NCBI GenBank assembly: GCA_946536225.1
Contig: CAMNEE010000001.1
Coordinates: 475,243 to 539,242, forward strand
Source: an uncultured Bacillales bacterium
GTDB lineage: Bacteria > Bacillota_I > Bacilli_A > RF39 > UBA660
Length of the DNA: 64,000 bases
Reading direction: 5' to 3'
The notes beneath the pieces were generated by a model. The model worked only from the letters and a program-made list of their open reading frames with translations. It ran no database searches and was not told where the DNA came from. Shown here one piece after another: positions 1 through 10,063 of this stretch. Position 1 is the stretch's first letter; each line of letters begins with the position of its first letter. The position numbers and the translations under genes were made by a program.

Positions 1-5
1 ATCAA

Positions 6-329
6 ATGGTTCTTGCTTTAGGTATTAATAATGCTAAAGTTGCTCTTCAACAACAACAAGCAGTTTCTAAGCTTACTAATGAAATGTTAGTTAAGAATGC
101 TGAAACTTTAAAACAAGGTACTTTAGGTATTGCTGAAGAAAGCGAAAGAGCTATTGTTGATATTGAAACATTAAAGAAAACTAATAAAGATTTATTAGAT
201 ACTATTGAAGGTGTTATCAAGATTCATGAAGATGGTAGAACTAAGAGAGCTGCTGCTGAAGTAGAACTTGAAAACATCGAAAAAGAATTAAAAGATAAAA
301 TTTTAGAAATAAATGTTAAATCAGAATAG
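6..329 (+). CDS. Toxic anion resistance protein TelA family, 3' part (gene begins upstream of the window)
   Basis: Typical TelA C-terminus (LTNEMLVKNAETLKQ...ESERAIVDIETLKK...IHEDGRTKR); the frame is open to the window edge. Confidence 0.8.
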   Translation: MVLALGINNAKVALQQQQAVSKLTNEMLVKNAETLKQGTLGIAEESERAIVDIETLKKTNKDLLDTIEGVIKIHEDGRTKRAAAEVELENIEKELKDKILEINVKSE

Positions 330-348
330 TTAAATACTATTCTTTTTT
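323..348 (+). terminator. Intrinsic terminator overlapping the stop codon
   Basis: AGAATAGT-taaat-ACTATTCT stem-loop followed by a T-run. Confidence 0.75.
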
Positions 349-371
349 AATGCATGTTATAATTATACTAG

Positions 372-1949
372 GTGATTGATATGGATACTAAAATATTAAA
401 CGATGTTTATAGAGACTTCTTTGGAGATAGTTTAGTTGAGAGAGACAAAGAAACTGAAGAACAAGTGAAGGAAGAAACAGAAGAAACTTTAACTGATGTA
501 GATAATTTGTTTATTGATGATAAATCTAAAGAGTTATTAAAAAAGATAATTAACTATATAATGTTATATTCTGAAAAGAAAGAAACTAATTATATTCCAT
601 TTAATATAACTGTTAATACAGATGATGCAGTACTTGTATCTAATGTAGTTAGTATTATTAGATATTATGTTAAAAAGTATAATTATTGTAAAAATAGTAA
701 TGTAGGAAATTTAAGTTTATTTAAGATTAGTAAAGAAGAAGATATTACAGATATTTATTCAAATGGAGTTGTATCTATTAGTAACTTAGATGCCATAAAT
801 ATGCAAAATGTTAGTTTTAAAAAGAAGTTCTTCTATTTATTCATGGAAGAATTAAATAAAGAATCTATTACAATTATTAATGGTAAAAGTGAAGTTATTA
901 AAGAATTCTTACTTAATGATGAAAGACTATTAAATGAATATTTTATATTTAATATAGTTGGTGCTAAACCAAGTGTTAATGATGTTTATAATGATTTATT
1001 AAATAAAATACATGGTGATGATGACTTTAATATTAAGTTACTAGATTATATAAGTGCTACATATGAAAAGAGTAATATTGATTATTCTAGTTATATTAAT
1101 AATTTGTATAAATACTACACTTTTAATAAAGAATTACCATCATTAGAAGAAGAAAAAAGCGTAGAGGAAGTATTTGCTGAACTTAATGAATTAGTAGGCT
1201 TAGAAAAGGTCAAAAAGGCTTTACATGATTTAGTAGATTTAATTACTTTAAAGAATAAAACTAAAGATGATTTAAAGATTAATAATGTTAACTTACATAT
1301 GGTATTCTTAGGTAATCCTGGAACTGGTAAGACTACAGTTGCAAGACTTATTGCAGCTATTCTTTATGATTTAAAATATATTAGACTTAATAAGTTAATT
1401 GAAGTAAGTAGTAAAGATTTAGTAGCTGAGTATGTTGGTCAAACTGCTGTTAAGACTATGGATGTAGTTAATCGTGCAATGGGAGGAATTCTTTTTGTAG
1501 ATGAAGCCTATGCACTTGCAGATAAAGATGGAGAAAACTCTTATAATGGAGAAGCTATTGCTACTTTAATAAAAGCAATGGAAGATTATAGAGATGATCT
1601 TGTAGTTATATTTGCAGGTTATACAAAAGAAATGCAAGACTTCTTAGATTCTAACTCAGGTATAGTTTCTAGAATTGGTTATACTTTAGAGTTTGAAGAT
1701 TATACTAATGAAGAATTAATTGAAATATTTAAAGGTATGGTTAAAAAGGCAGGTTTCATTTTAAATGATGATGCAATTGATGAAGTTAATAAGTTAATTG
1801 ATGAACATAGACTTGATAAGAACTTTGGTAATGCAAGATTTGTTCGTAATGTATTTGAAAAGACTGTTATTAAACATGCTACAAATACTAGAGATAAGAA
1901 ACGTAAAAATATTCTTAAAACAATTACAAAAGAAGATATTAACTATTAA
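372..1949 (+). CDS. CbbX/CfxQ/SpoVK-family AAA+ ATPase with a degenerate N-terminal AAA-like region
   Basis: HMVFLGNPGTGKTT Walker A, LFVDEAY Walker B, FGNARFVRN sensor motif. Confidence 0.85.
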   Translation: MIDMDTKILNDVYRDFFGDSLVERDKETEEQVKEETEETLTDVDNLFIDDKSKELLKKIINYIMLYSEKKETNYIPFNITVNTDDAVLVSNVVSIIRYYVKKYNYCKNSNVGNLSLFKISKEEDITDIYSNGVVSISNLDAINMQNVSFKKKFFYLFMEELNKESITIINGKSEVIKEFLLNDERLLNEYFIFNIVGAKPSVNDVYNDLLNKIHGDDDFNIKLLDYISATYEKSNIDYSSYINNLYKYYTFNKELPSLEEEKSVEEVFAELNELVGLEKVKKALHDLVDLITLKNKTKDDLKINNVNLHMVFLGNPGTGKTTVARLIAAILYDLKYIRLNKLIEVSSKDLVAEYVGQTAVKTMDVVNRAMGGILFVDEAYALADKDGENSYNGEAIATLIKAMEDYRDDLVVIFAGYTKEMQDFLDSNSGIVSRIGYTLEFEDYTNEELIEIFKGMVKKAGFILNDDAIDEVNKLIDEHRLDKNFGNARFVRNVFEKTVIKHATNTRDKKRKNILKTITKEDINY

Positions 1950-1999
1950 AAAGTTAGTATTCTTTTTTTATGTTATAATAATTTTAAGTTGGTGATAAT

Positions 2000-3136
2000 A
2001 TGAAAGAGTTGTTATGTAATTTTTATAATAGGAAGGAAGATGAAACTAATCCAGATGGATACATCAAGTTTGTAGATGCTAATCCTTACTTTGGGTTTAA
2101 TTTTCCTTATTGTTTATATATTCCTTATAATGTTGATGGAGAAGTAGATTTATTTTTATGTGGTTTAACTCCTGGAGTTTCAACATCTTTAAATGAAGGA
2201 ATAGAGGATGCCAAAAAGCAAGCTTTTGATAGACAAATACCACCTATATTTAGGAAATTATGTTCAGAATATGGTAATGCCATGATTATTCCTCTTATTC
2301 CTAGACTTCCTGGTTTATATACAAGTTATTATGCTAAGAATGTTCGTGATAATGACTTTTCTCTTGTAAAGAAAAATAGAGAAAAAGGAAGAGTTAATAT
2401 AAAAGATGAAGAATTAGTTAAATTTAAAAATATAGATACTCAAATTGTAAATATGGTTGAAGATGCTAAAAGACTTATATATGAGGCAGGTTATGAATAT
2501 GATGATAAAATAGTTACAGTTGGATATTCTGCATCAGCTAAGATGGCAAATTTATTTGCCGCTCTTCACTCTGGTTTAGTTAAGATGGTTATTGCTGGAG
2601 GTACAAGTGGTCTTGGTATTCTTCCTATGGATGAGTACGAAGGAATTAAACTTACTTATCCAATTGGAACAAGTGATGTACCTACATTTGATTTAGAAGA
2701 ATTTAAGAAAATTAAACAATTTTATTTTGTTGGAGAAAATGATATAAATGATCCAGCTATGGCTAACTCGGAATTACTAGTAGACTATTATGATCATAAT
2801 GGTCATCCTGTTTATGTAAGAGACGCGGAAGGAAATAAAATACCTGTAAAAGATGATAATGGTAAAATTAAATATATTTTAAATAAAGATGGACTAATGA
2901 CTCCTTACTTTGAAATTGGTTATACTCCTGAACAAGTAACATTTATACATTCTGTTTTATCAAGTGATATAAGTGAACGTTTTCAAAAGCAAAAAGAAAT
3001 ATATGAAAGTGCTGGAATAGATGTAACAATGAAAACATATCCTGGAACACATTCTACTGTATTTAAGAATGAAGAATTAGATAAAGATATTCTAGAATTC
3101 TATAATGGTAAAACGTTAGTTAAAAAATTAGATTAA
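2000..3136 (+). CDS. Hypothetical alpha/beta-hydrolase-fold protein
   Basis: GYSASA nucleophile-elbow-like motif, FVGEND and YPGTHS candidate Asp/His; TGTTATAAT promoter and GGTG RBS upstream. Confidence 0.55.
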   Translation: MKELLCNFYNRKEDETNPDGYIKFVDANPYFGFNFPYCLYIPYNVDGEVDLFLCGLTPGVSTSLNEGIEDAKKQAFDRQIPPIFRKLCSEYGNAMIIPLIPRLPGLYTSYYAKNVRDNDFSLVKKNREKGRVNIKDEELVKFKNIDTQIVNMVEDAKRLIYEAGYEYDDKIVTVGYSASAKMANLFAALHSGLVKMVIAGGTSGLGILPMDEYEGIKLTYPIGTSDVPTFDLEEFKKIKQFYFVGENDINDPAMANSELLVDYYDHNGHPVYVRDAEGNKIPVKDDNGKIKYILNKDGLMTPYFEIGYTPEQVTFIHSVLSSDISERFQKQKEIYESAGIDVTMKTYPGTHSTVFKNEELDKDILEFYNGKTLVKKLD

Positions 3137-3166
3137 AAAAGAAGAAAAAATATTTTTCTTTTTTGT

Positions 3167-3195
3167 TTGACATTAATAAAATTATTCTTTATACT
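3167..3195 (+). promoter_or_regulatory. Sigma-A promoter of the leader peptide/ABC transporter unit
   Basis: TTGACA (3167-3172), 17 nt, TATACT (3190-3195). Confidence 0.8.
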
Positions 3196-3228
3196 TTAAA
3201 GTGAATTTAAAGAGAAAGGAGTGAGAAA

Positions 3229-3309
3229 ATGAAGATTTTTAATTCAAATATCAGATTAGTAGTAGAGAATGGGGAAAATAGATTTGTTTTCTCACATCCT
3301 ACTATCTAA
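3229..3309 (+). CDS. Putative 26-aa leader peptide MKIFNSNIRLVVENGENRFVFSHPTI (absent from ORF track)
   Basis: Strong RBS AAAGGAG upstream of ATG at 3229, TAA at 3307-3309; lies between the promoter and the ABC transporter start. Confidence 0.6.
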   Translation: MKIFNSNIRLVVENGENRFVFSHPTI

Positions 3310-3348
3310 TTACTTTTACAATTTATTATTTTTTAAGGAGGCAATATT

Positions 3349-5079
3349 ATGAAAAAGAAAAACAAATTTAGGCCTCTATTAAAGTTAATTAAAGAAGATA
3401 GAAAGAAGCTAATTTTCGCGTCCATTTTAATTGTGATAGAAAGTTTGGCTGGTCTTTTAACAGGTTATTTAAATGGTGCAGCAGTAGAAGCTATAACACT
3501 TTTGCAAGTTAAAAAAGCACTTATATTTTTAGGTGTATATTTTTCAATAGAAGTACTTATTGATGGACTTATGTCCTCATTTTCTAATGCTTTACTTCTT
3601 ACTGTTGAAAGTAAATTAACTAGAAAACTTGGATATAATACATATATAAAAGCACTTAATTTACCAGCTGTTGCTTTTGAGGAAAAATCCAGTGGTGAAA
3701 TAATTAATCGTATAACAAATGACTCTAGTTCTTTATCATTTACATTTGGCCATTTATTATCAATGGTAACAGGTGTAATAGGTTCATTTATTATACTTAT
3801 ATATGTATTCATGAATTCATGGATTGTTGGTATAGAAATACTTGCTTTCTTATCAACTATATTTATTGTTTTAAAGATATTTAATCCTAAACTTAAGGAT
3901 GCTCATAAAGAAAGAAAAACAGGACAAGATAAATTTACTTCTTTAGTTAACGAATCAATAAGAGGCATAAGAGAAATTAAAACACTAGGTATTAAGAAAC
4001 ACCTAGTAAATGAAGCAAGAAATATTAATGAAGATTTATTTGGTGTATCTAAGAGGGAAATTGATATTCAAAAGAACTTTAATAGATATACTAGAATAAT
4101 TAAAGCTGTTTTAGAAGTAGGAGTATTTGCTACATGTGTAGTACTTTTATACTATAAACAAATTAATTTAACATTCTTTGTTGCAATGACTTATTATGTT
4201 TATAGATATATGTGGTTAATAGAAAATATTAATGATTTATCTCAAACATATCAAAAAGTATCTGTATCTATTGAAAGAGTAAATGAACTGTTAGAAAATA
4301 CTCTTTATAATGATGTAGAGTTTGGAGATAAAAGAATTAAAAATATAAAAGGTGTAATTGAGTTTAAACATGTTACATTTGGTTATCCAAATGAAGATGT
4401 TACATTAAAAGACTTTAACTTAAAAATAGAACCTAATAAAAAGGTTGCAATAGTAGGTGCATCTGGTCAAGGTAAATCAACTTTATTTAATTTAATTACC
4501 AGAATATTTGATCCTAATATGGGTGAGATTACTCTGGATGGAGTAAATATTAAAGATTTAACAGAAGATGAGTTAGTACATCATATTTCTATTATTAGAC
4601 AAGAACCATTTATCTTTAATAGAACTATTTTAGATAACTTTAAATTAATAGATAAAAATATTAAATTAAGTGAAGTTAGAAAGTATGCTAAGTTAGCTTA
4701 TATAGATGACTATATCATGGGACTTCCTAAGAAGTATGACACTCTTTTAGGAGAAGGTGGAGTAAACTTATCAGGTGGTCAAAAACAAAGACTTTCTATT
4801 GCAAGAACGCTTTCTAAAGGTTCTAAAGTAATATTATTTGATGAAGCAACAAGTGCTCTTGATAATAATTCTCAAGGATTCATTAAACAAGCAATTGATG
4901 ATATTGCTAAAACACACACAGTAGTAATTGTTGCTCATAGACTTAGTACTATACAAGATGCTGATGTTATACATGTTGTAGATAAGGGTAAAATAGTAGC
5001 ATCTGGTACACATGAAGAGTTAATGAATACTTCTAAAATATATAAAAATCTTTATAAATCTGAGTCTTTAAATTCATAA
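3349..5079 (+). CDS. ABC exporter, fused permease + ATPase (MsbA/multidrug type)
   Basis: N-terminal TM helices, GASGQGKS Walker A, LSGGQKQR signature, ILFDEATSALD, VAHRLST. Confidence 0.92.
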   Translation: MKKKNKFRPLLKLIKEDRKKLIFASILIVIESLAGLLTGYLNGAAVEAITLLQVKKALIFLGVYFSIEVLIDGLMSSFSNALLLTVESKLTRKLGYNTYIKALNLPAVAFEEKSSGEIINRITNDSSSLSFTFGHLLSMVTGVIGSFIILIYVFMNSWIVGIEILAFLSTIFIVLKIFNPKLKDAHKERKTGQDKFTSLVNESIRGIREIKTLGIKKHLVNEARNINEDLFGVSKREIDIQKNFNRYTRIIKAVLEVGVFATCVVLLYYKQINLTFFVAMTYYVYRYMWLIENINDLSQTYQKVSVSIERVNELLENTLYNDVEFGDKRIKNIKGVIEFKHVTFGYPNEDVTLKDFNLKIEPNKKVAIVGASGQGKSTLFNLITRIFDPNMGEITLDGVNIKDLTEDELVHHISIIRQEPFIFNRTILDNFKLIDKNIKLSEVRKYAKLAYIDDYIMGLPKKYDTLLGEGGVNLSGGQKQRLSIARTLSKGSKVILFDEATSALDNNSQGFIKQAIDDIAKTHTVVIVAHRLSTIQDADVIHVVDKGKIVASGTHEELMNTSKIYKNLYKSESLNS

Positions 5080-5080
5080 A

Positions 5081-5111
5081 AGAGTTCTACAATTAAGTAG
5101 ACTCTTTTTTT
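5081..5111 (+). terminator. Intrinsic terminator
   Basis: AGAGT(T)CTAC-aattaa-GTAGACTCT plus T-run. Confidence 0.65.
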
Positions 5112-5189
5112 ATGTTCATGGGATTTTGGTTGCTCTTTTATTATTGTTTATCTATAAGATAAATGCTATAATTTTAATTGGTGGTTAAG

Positions 5190-5501
5190 ATGGAAAAATT
5201 GATTTATATATTCTTGCCCATGGCTTTACTATATAAATTATTTAGCAAGAAAAAAGAAACATTCTTTGAATCTATTATTAGATACTTATCGCTTTGTTTA
5301 ATAAACAATTTAATATGTATTTTTTTACTTAGAAAAGCTTGGCATATGTTAGACTTTGGAGTAGGTTTAAAATATGTATTTAATTACTCAATATTAAGTT
5401 TATTTATAGGTTTTATACTTGCTATTATACATAACTTTTTAATAAATAAATTTGATATAAAGTTTGAGGTTATAGAAGATGAAGAAAAAAAGAAAAAGTA
5501 A
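5190..5501 (+). CDS. Small three-TM membrane protein, first gene of a lipid/surface-modification operon
   Basis: Hydrophobic segments; overlaps the next ORF; ATG 5190 chosen after GGTGG RBS. Confidence 0.6.
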   Translation: MEKLIYIFLPMALLYKLFSKKKETFFESIIRYLSLCLINNLICIFLLRKAWHMLDFGVGLKYVFNYSILSLFIGFILAIIHNFLINKFDIKFEVIEDEEKKKK

Positions 5502-7002
5502 TAAAAAAAAGATAATCCATCTTGTTATTCTTTCATTAATCACTGCATTTGTATGTTTTGAAATATATACTAAAGTATTTTTTGGAAATGAATCTGTTGA
5601 TGAGTTTTATTTCTATATGATGCATGGAGCTAAGAATGGTGACTTAGGTATGTATTGGAATGGTATTAAGTTTTCAATTCCAATATTTATTTGTATAATG
5701 GCACTAGTTTACTCAATATTCTATAATGTGTTAGTTAATAAAAGCATTTATGTTTCTATTAAAGGAAAGAAACATAAAATATATCCATTTGATATAGTAA
5801 TTAATCACAGAAAGTTCTTTACTTATCTATATGTAATTCTATCTTTAGTTGCTGCGATATATAATTATAGAATTACAAGATTCTTTGCTAGTAATATAAT
5901 TAAATCTACATTTATTGAAGATAATTATGTTATGAATAAAGATGATATAAAATTTAATAAAAAACGTAATTTGATATATATAATAGTAGAATCTTTAGAA
6001 ACCACATTCTTTACTAAAGAACAAGGTGGTTCTTGGGATCATGAAGTTATACCTGAGTTATATGACTTGCTTAATCAAAGTGATACATATTATTTCAGTG
6101 GTAACTCAAAAGCAGGTGGGTTATTAAATCAATATGGTGGTTCTTGGACAACTTCAGCTATTATTTCTAATAATACTGGTCTTCCTTTGAAAGTACATCT
6201 TTCAAGAACACAATATCAAAGAAATAATTATATGAATGGTGCTTATGCTTTAGGTGATTTACTTAAAGATAATGGATATTATAATGAAGTAATAACTGCT
6301 GCAAGAGCAGACTTCGGAGGTATTGAAGAGTTCTATTTGCAACACGGTAACTATAATATAGTTGATATCAGTACTCTTAATAGTCTAGGTTACGAATATG
6401 ATGAATCAGACTTGGGAGTATGGGGATTTAACGATAAATATTTATTTGAGGTAGCTAAGAAACGTGTTGAAGAAGCATCAAAGAAGGATCAACCATTTAA
6501 TATTGCTATGATTACGATAGATACACATCCTAATGATGGATTTGTAGGAGACTATACGTTGAATAAATTTGATGAACAATTTGATAATGTTTATGCTACA
6601 ACAAGTAAATTATTAGCTGAATTTGTAAATTGGGTTAAAGCACAGGATTATTATAAAGATACAACAATAGTTATTGTTGGAGATCATTTAAATATGCAAA
6701 CTGAATATTTCTATGATAGAGATGACAATAGATATATCTTTAATGCATTTATTAATCCAGCAGTTAAACCAGAAAATACAAAAAATAGAAAAGCCATGGC
6801 AATTGATATGTATCCATCTACAGTTGCTGCTATTGGTGGTGAAATTAGTTCTAATAAGTTAGGACTTGGTACGAATTTATTTTCAGATGAGGAAACACTT
6901 GCTGAAGAGTATGGTGTTGAAGAGTTAAATAATCAATTAGCCAAGAAGTCTGAGTTTTATAATACAAAGATACTAGGTTTAAAACCTAGGGAAAATAAAT
7001 AG
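5479..7002 (+). CDS. LTA synthase/OpgB-like phosphoglycerol or phosphoethanolamine transferase (sulfatase fold)
   Basis: N-terminal TMs, RNLIYIIVESLE, SWT (catalytic Thr region), TIDTH, IVGDH motifs. Confidence 0.85.
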   Translation: MKKKRKSNKKKIIHLVILSLITAFVCFEIYTKVFFGNESVDEFYFYMMHGAKNGDLGMYWNGIKFSIPIFICIMALVYSIFYNVLVNKSIYVSIKGKKHKIYPFDIVINHRKFFTYLYVILSLVAAIYNYRITRFFASNIIKSTFIEDNYVMNKDDIKFNKKRNLIYIIVESLETTFFTKEQGGSWDHEVIPELYDLLNQSDTYYFSGNSKAGGLLNQYGGSWTTSAIISNNTGLPLKVHLSRTQYQRNNYMNGAYALGDLLKDNGYYNEVITAARADFGGIEEFYLQHGNYNIVDISTLNSLGYEYDESDLGVWGFNDKYLFEVAKKRVEEASKKDQPFNIAMITIDTHPNDGFVGDYTLNKFDEQFDNVYATTSKLLAEFVNWVKAQDYYKDTTIVIVGDHLNMQTEYFYDRDDNRYIFNAFINPAVKPENTKNRKAMAIDMYPSTVAAIGGEISSNKLGLGTNLFSDEETLAEEYGVEELNNQLAKKSEFYNTKILGLKPRENK

Positions 7003-7017
7003 TTTAGGAGAATAATT

Positions 7018-7638
7018 ATGAGTAAAATAAGAAAATCATGTTTAGTAACATATATGGGAATTGCATTTGGAGTATTATCTCTTTGGTATGCATTTAATAA
7101 ATGCGCATTCTCAAGTGAAAATGTAATTAAGTATACACTTATATGTTTAATGCTATCAGGTATATGTGATATGTTTGATGGTAAATTTGCAAGAATGTGC
7201 AAGAGAGATAAAGCTGAAAAAGAATTTGGTATTCAACTTGATTCACTTGCAGATACATTCTGTTTTATAGCTGTTCCAGTTGTAATTATGCTTGCTATAG
7301 GTATGAATAATTGGTATCACCTAATTGTATATATTTACTTTGTTATAGGTGGTGTTACAAGACTTGGATGGTTTAATGTTAATGCAGATGAAGATAAACC
7401 TGTTGCATACTTTACAGGTATTCCTGTAACATCTACAGCTATAATTTATCCATTAGTAGGATTACTTCATACAAGAGTTGCGGATAATACATTTGAAGTT
7501 ATATTAATTATTATTACTTTAATTGTTGCATTCTTATTCAACTTTAATATAAAGATTCCTAAATTTAAAGATAATTGGTATTACATTTTAATGCCAATTC
7601 TAGCTTTACTACTTGCTATTATTTTAGTTATTCTATGA
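7018..7638 (+). CDS. pssA: CDP-diacylglycerol--serine O-phosphatidyltransferase
   Basis: DMFDGKFAR...FGIQLDSLAD CDP-alcohol phosphotransferase motif; adjacent to psd. Confidence 0.85.
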   Translation: MSKIRKSCLVTYMGIAFGVLSLWYAFNKCAFSSENVIKYTLICLMLSGICDMFDGKFARMCKRDKAEKEFGIQLDSLADTFCFIAVPVVIMLAIGMNNWYHLIVYIYFVIGGVTRLGWFNVNADEDKPVAYFTGIPVTSTAIIYPLVGLLHTRVADNTFEVILIIITLIVAFLFNFNIKIPKFKDNWYYILMPILALLLAIILVIL

Positions 7639-8471
7639 TTAAATATTATAATTTAAAAAATAAAGAGTATGTTACTGAAAAGGAAAGTGCTGGGCTTAAG
7701 TTTTTATATAATAATGTAATTGGTAGATTTATACTTAAAGTGGTAATATCTAAGCCTATTAGAAATATATATAATAAATATATGAGTTCAAGCCTTTCTA
7801 AAGGTAAGATAAAAAAGTTTATTAAGAAAAATAGTATTAATATGAATGAATATGTTGATGAAGAATATTCTTCATTTAATGCTTTTTTTATGAGAAGAAT
7901 TAAAGATGGAAAAAGAAAAATAGAAGATGGATTAATAGCAGTAGCTGATTCAAAATTAATTGTTTATAAAATTGATGATAATTCTTCTTTTAAAATAAAA
8001 AATTCTATATATACTGTTAATGAATTATTACAAGAAAGTAATGATGATTATAAAGGTGGTTATGCACTTGTATTTCGTCTATGTGTAGATGATTATCATC
8101 ATTATGTTTTTCCTGATAAAGGAGAAATAAAAAAATCTAAATATATAAAAGGTGCCTTACATACAGTTCAACCAATTGCCTTTAAAAAATATAAAGTATT
8201 TCATGAAAATGCACGTGTAGTAACGACTCTTGATTGTAAAAATCTAGGTGTTGTTAAATATGTTGAAGTAGGTGCTATGATGATTGGTAAGATCGTCAAT
8301 GAACCTGTTAAGAATTTTAATAAAGGTGATGAGAAAGGTCATTTTGAATTTGGAGGTTCAACAATTGTTTTACTAATTGAAAAAGATAAAGCTAGTATTA
8401 ACCCAGATATATTAAGAGCAAGTGAAGATGGTATTGAAACTATAGTTAAAATGGGTAACTCTATTAGTTAG
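7635..8471 (+). CDS. psd: Phosphatidylserine decarboxylase
   Basis: SFNAFFMR, FRLCVDDYHH, FEFGGSTIV autocleavage motif; ATGA overlap with pssA gives start 7635. Confidence 0.9.
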   Translation: MIKYYNLKNKEYVTEKESAGLKFLYNNVIGRFILKVVISKPIRNIYNKYMSSSLSKGKIKKFIKKNSINMNEYVDEEYSSFNAFFMRRIKDGKRKIEDGLIAVADSKLIVYKIDDNSSFKIKNSIYTVNELLQESNDDYKGGYALVFRLCVDDYHHYVFPDKGEIKKSKYIKGALHTVQPIAFKKYKVFHENARVVTTLDCKNLGVVKYVEVGAMMIGKIVNEPVKNFNKGDEKGHFEFGGSTIVLLIEKDKASINPDILRASEDGIETIVKMGNSIS

Positions 8472-8483
8472 AAAGGAATAATT

Positions 8484-9503
8484 ATGAAAAGACGTAAAGT
8501 ATCTAAATATGTATGTTCTATTCTTTTATTAGTTTTGATATTTTATCTGACTTTTCATACATTATTTAGTCATCATAATATAAATAGTATTGTAAAAGAT
8601 ATTAGAAATATAGATTTGAAATATGTTCTTATAGCTTTAGGTCTAATGTTTTTTTATTTCATTTTACAAGGAACATATATGAAACGTAATTTGAAATTAC
8701 TTGGTGAAGATATAAAGATACATAAAGGAGTATTTTATTCTGTGGTTGAATATTTCTTTAGTGGTATAACTCCTTCTTCCACAGGTGGTCAACCAGTTCA
8801 ATTATTCTATATGGATAAAGATAAGATTCCTAAAAAGAAGAGTTTAATAACACTTCTTTTAAATACTATTTTTTTTAAAATTATTATAGTAGTATTTGCT
8901 ATTTTAATATTTATTTTTGATAGTAAATTAATACTTAGCTTAAGTCCTTTATTTGTAGTATTTTATATTATAGGTATAGCAGTAGATAGTTTTATGATAA
9001 TAGGTGGATATTTATTATTATTTCATAATAAATTATTAAAAACTATTTTAGAGTTAATAGAAAAGTTTGTTAGATTATTTAAAAAGAATTTTGATTTAAC
9101 TATAGAAAAAAATATAGAAGAATATAAGAATAGTGTAAAACTTCTTAAAGGACATTTTTTTGAGTTATCATTTGAGTTATTTTTAACTTTACTACAAAGA
9201 TTATGTATGTTTTCAATTTCATATGTAATATATAGATCATTTGGTTTAAGTGAATATAGTTATTTACAAATAATAATTATTCAAATAAGTGTTCAAACCG
9301 CAATTGAGTTTGTACCTCTTCCAGGTGGTGCAGGTGTAAGTGAATTCTTACTTAATGCTTTCTTTATAACAGTATTTGGGGAAGTTACAGCTCCAGCTGC
9401 AATGATTGCTACTAGAACATTCTCATTCTATATTCCTTTAGTTGGAAGTGGTTTAGTAATACTTTGTAAATATATTAAAGATAATTTTATAGAAGGTAGA
9501 TGA
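8484..9503 (+). CDS. Lysylphosphatidylglycerol synthase TM-domain (flippase-like) membrane protein
   Basis: ITPSSTGGQP and PLPGGAGVSE motifs, multiple TMs. Confidence 0.85.
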   Translation: MKRRKVSKYVCSILLLVLIFYLTFHTLFSHHNINSIVKDIRNIDLKYVLIALGLMFFYFILQGTYMKRNLKLLGEDIKIHKGVFYSVVEYFFSGITPSSTGGQPVQLFYMDKDKIPKKKSLITLLLNTIFFKIIIVVFAILIFIFDSKLILSLSPLFVVFYIIGIAVDSFMIIGGYLLLFHNKLLKTILELIEKFVRLFKKNFDLTIEKNIEEYKNSVKLLKGHFFELSFELFLTLLQRLCMFSISYVIYRSFGLSEYSYLQIIIIQISVQTAIEFVPLPGGAGVSEFLLNAFFITVFGEVTAPAAMIATRTFSFYIPLVGSGLVILCKYIKDNFIEGR

Positions 9504-9985
9504 AAAAGATGAATGAGAGATTTATGAATGAGGCTGTAATAGAATCTAGATGTAATGAAGCTAATAATTATCAAGATGGAGGTCCATTTGGGGCTGTTAT
9601 TGTTAAAGATGGATTAATTATTGCAAGAGGTCATAATACAGTTATTAAAGACGAGGATCCAACAGCTCATGCTGAGGTAAATGCTATAAGAGAAGCAGCA
9701 AGAGTACTTGGTACACATGATTTAAGTGGTACTACTATTTATGCTAGTAGTGAACCTTGTCCTATGTGCTTAAGTGCAATCATCTGGGCAAATATAAAGA
9801 CAGCATATTATGCTAATACTCGCGAGGATGCTGGTGATATAGGTTTTAGAGATGATTTAATATATGACTTTATTAAATCAAATAATAGTGATGTTACCAC
9901 ACTAGATTTAAAAAGAATAGAATCTAATGAAGCATTACAAGTATTTAAAGATTTTAAAAATAATAAAGATAAAACTATGTATTAG
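9500..9985 (+). CDS. Zn-dependent nucleoside/guanine deaminase
   Basis: GGPFGAVIV, HAEVNAIR, EPCPMC motifs. Confidence 0.88.
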   Translation: MKKMNERFMNEAVIESRCNEANNYQDGGPFGAVIVKDGLIIARGHNTVIKDEDPTAHAEVNAIREAARVLGTHDLSGTTIYASSEPCPMCLSAIIWANIKTAYYANTREDAGDIGFRDDLIYDFIKSNNSDVTTLDLKRIESNEALQVFKDFKNNKDKTMY

Positions 9986-10063
9986 TATTAAAAATGAAAG
10001 ATAAAGATGTAGAAATACATCTTTTTATTGTATAATGTAGATAGATATAAAGTAGGTGTAAAG

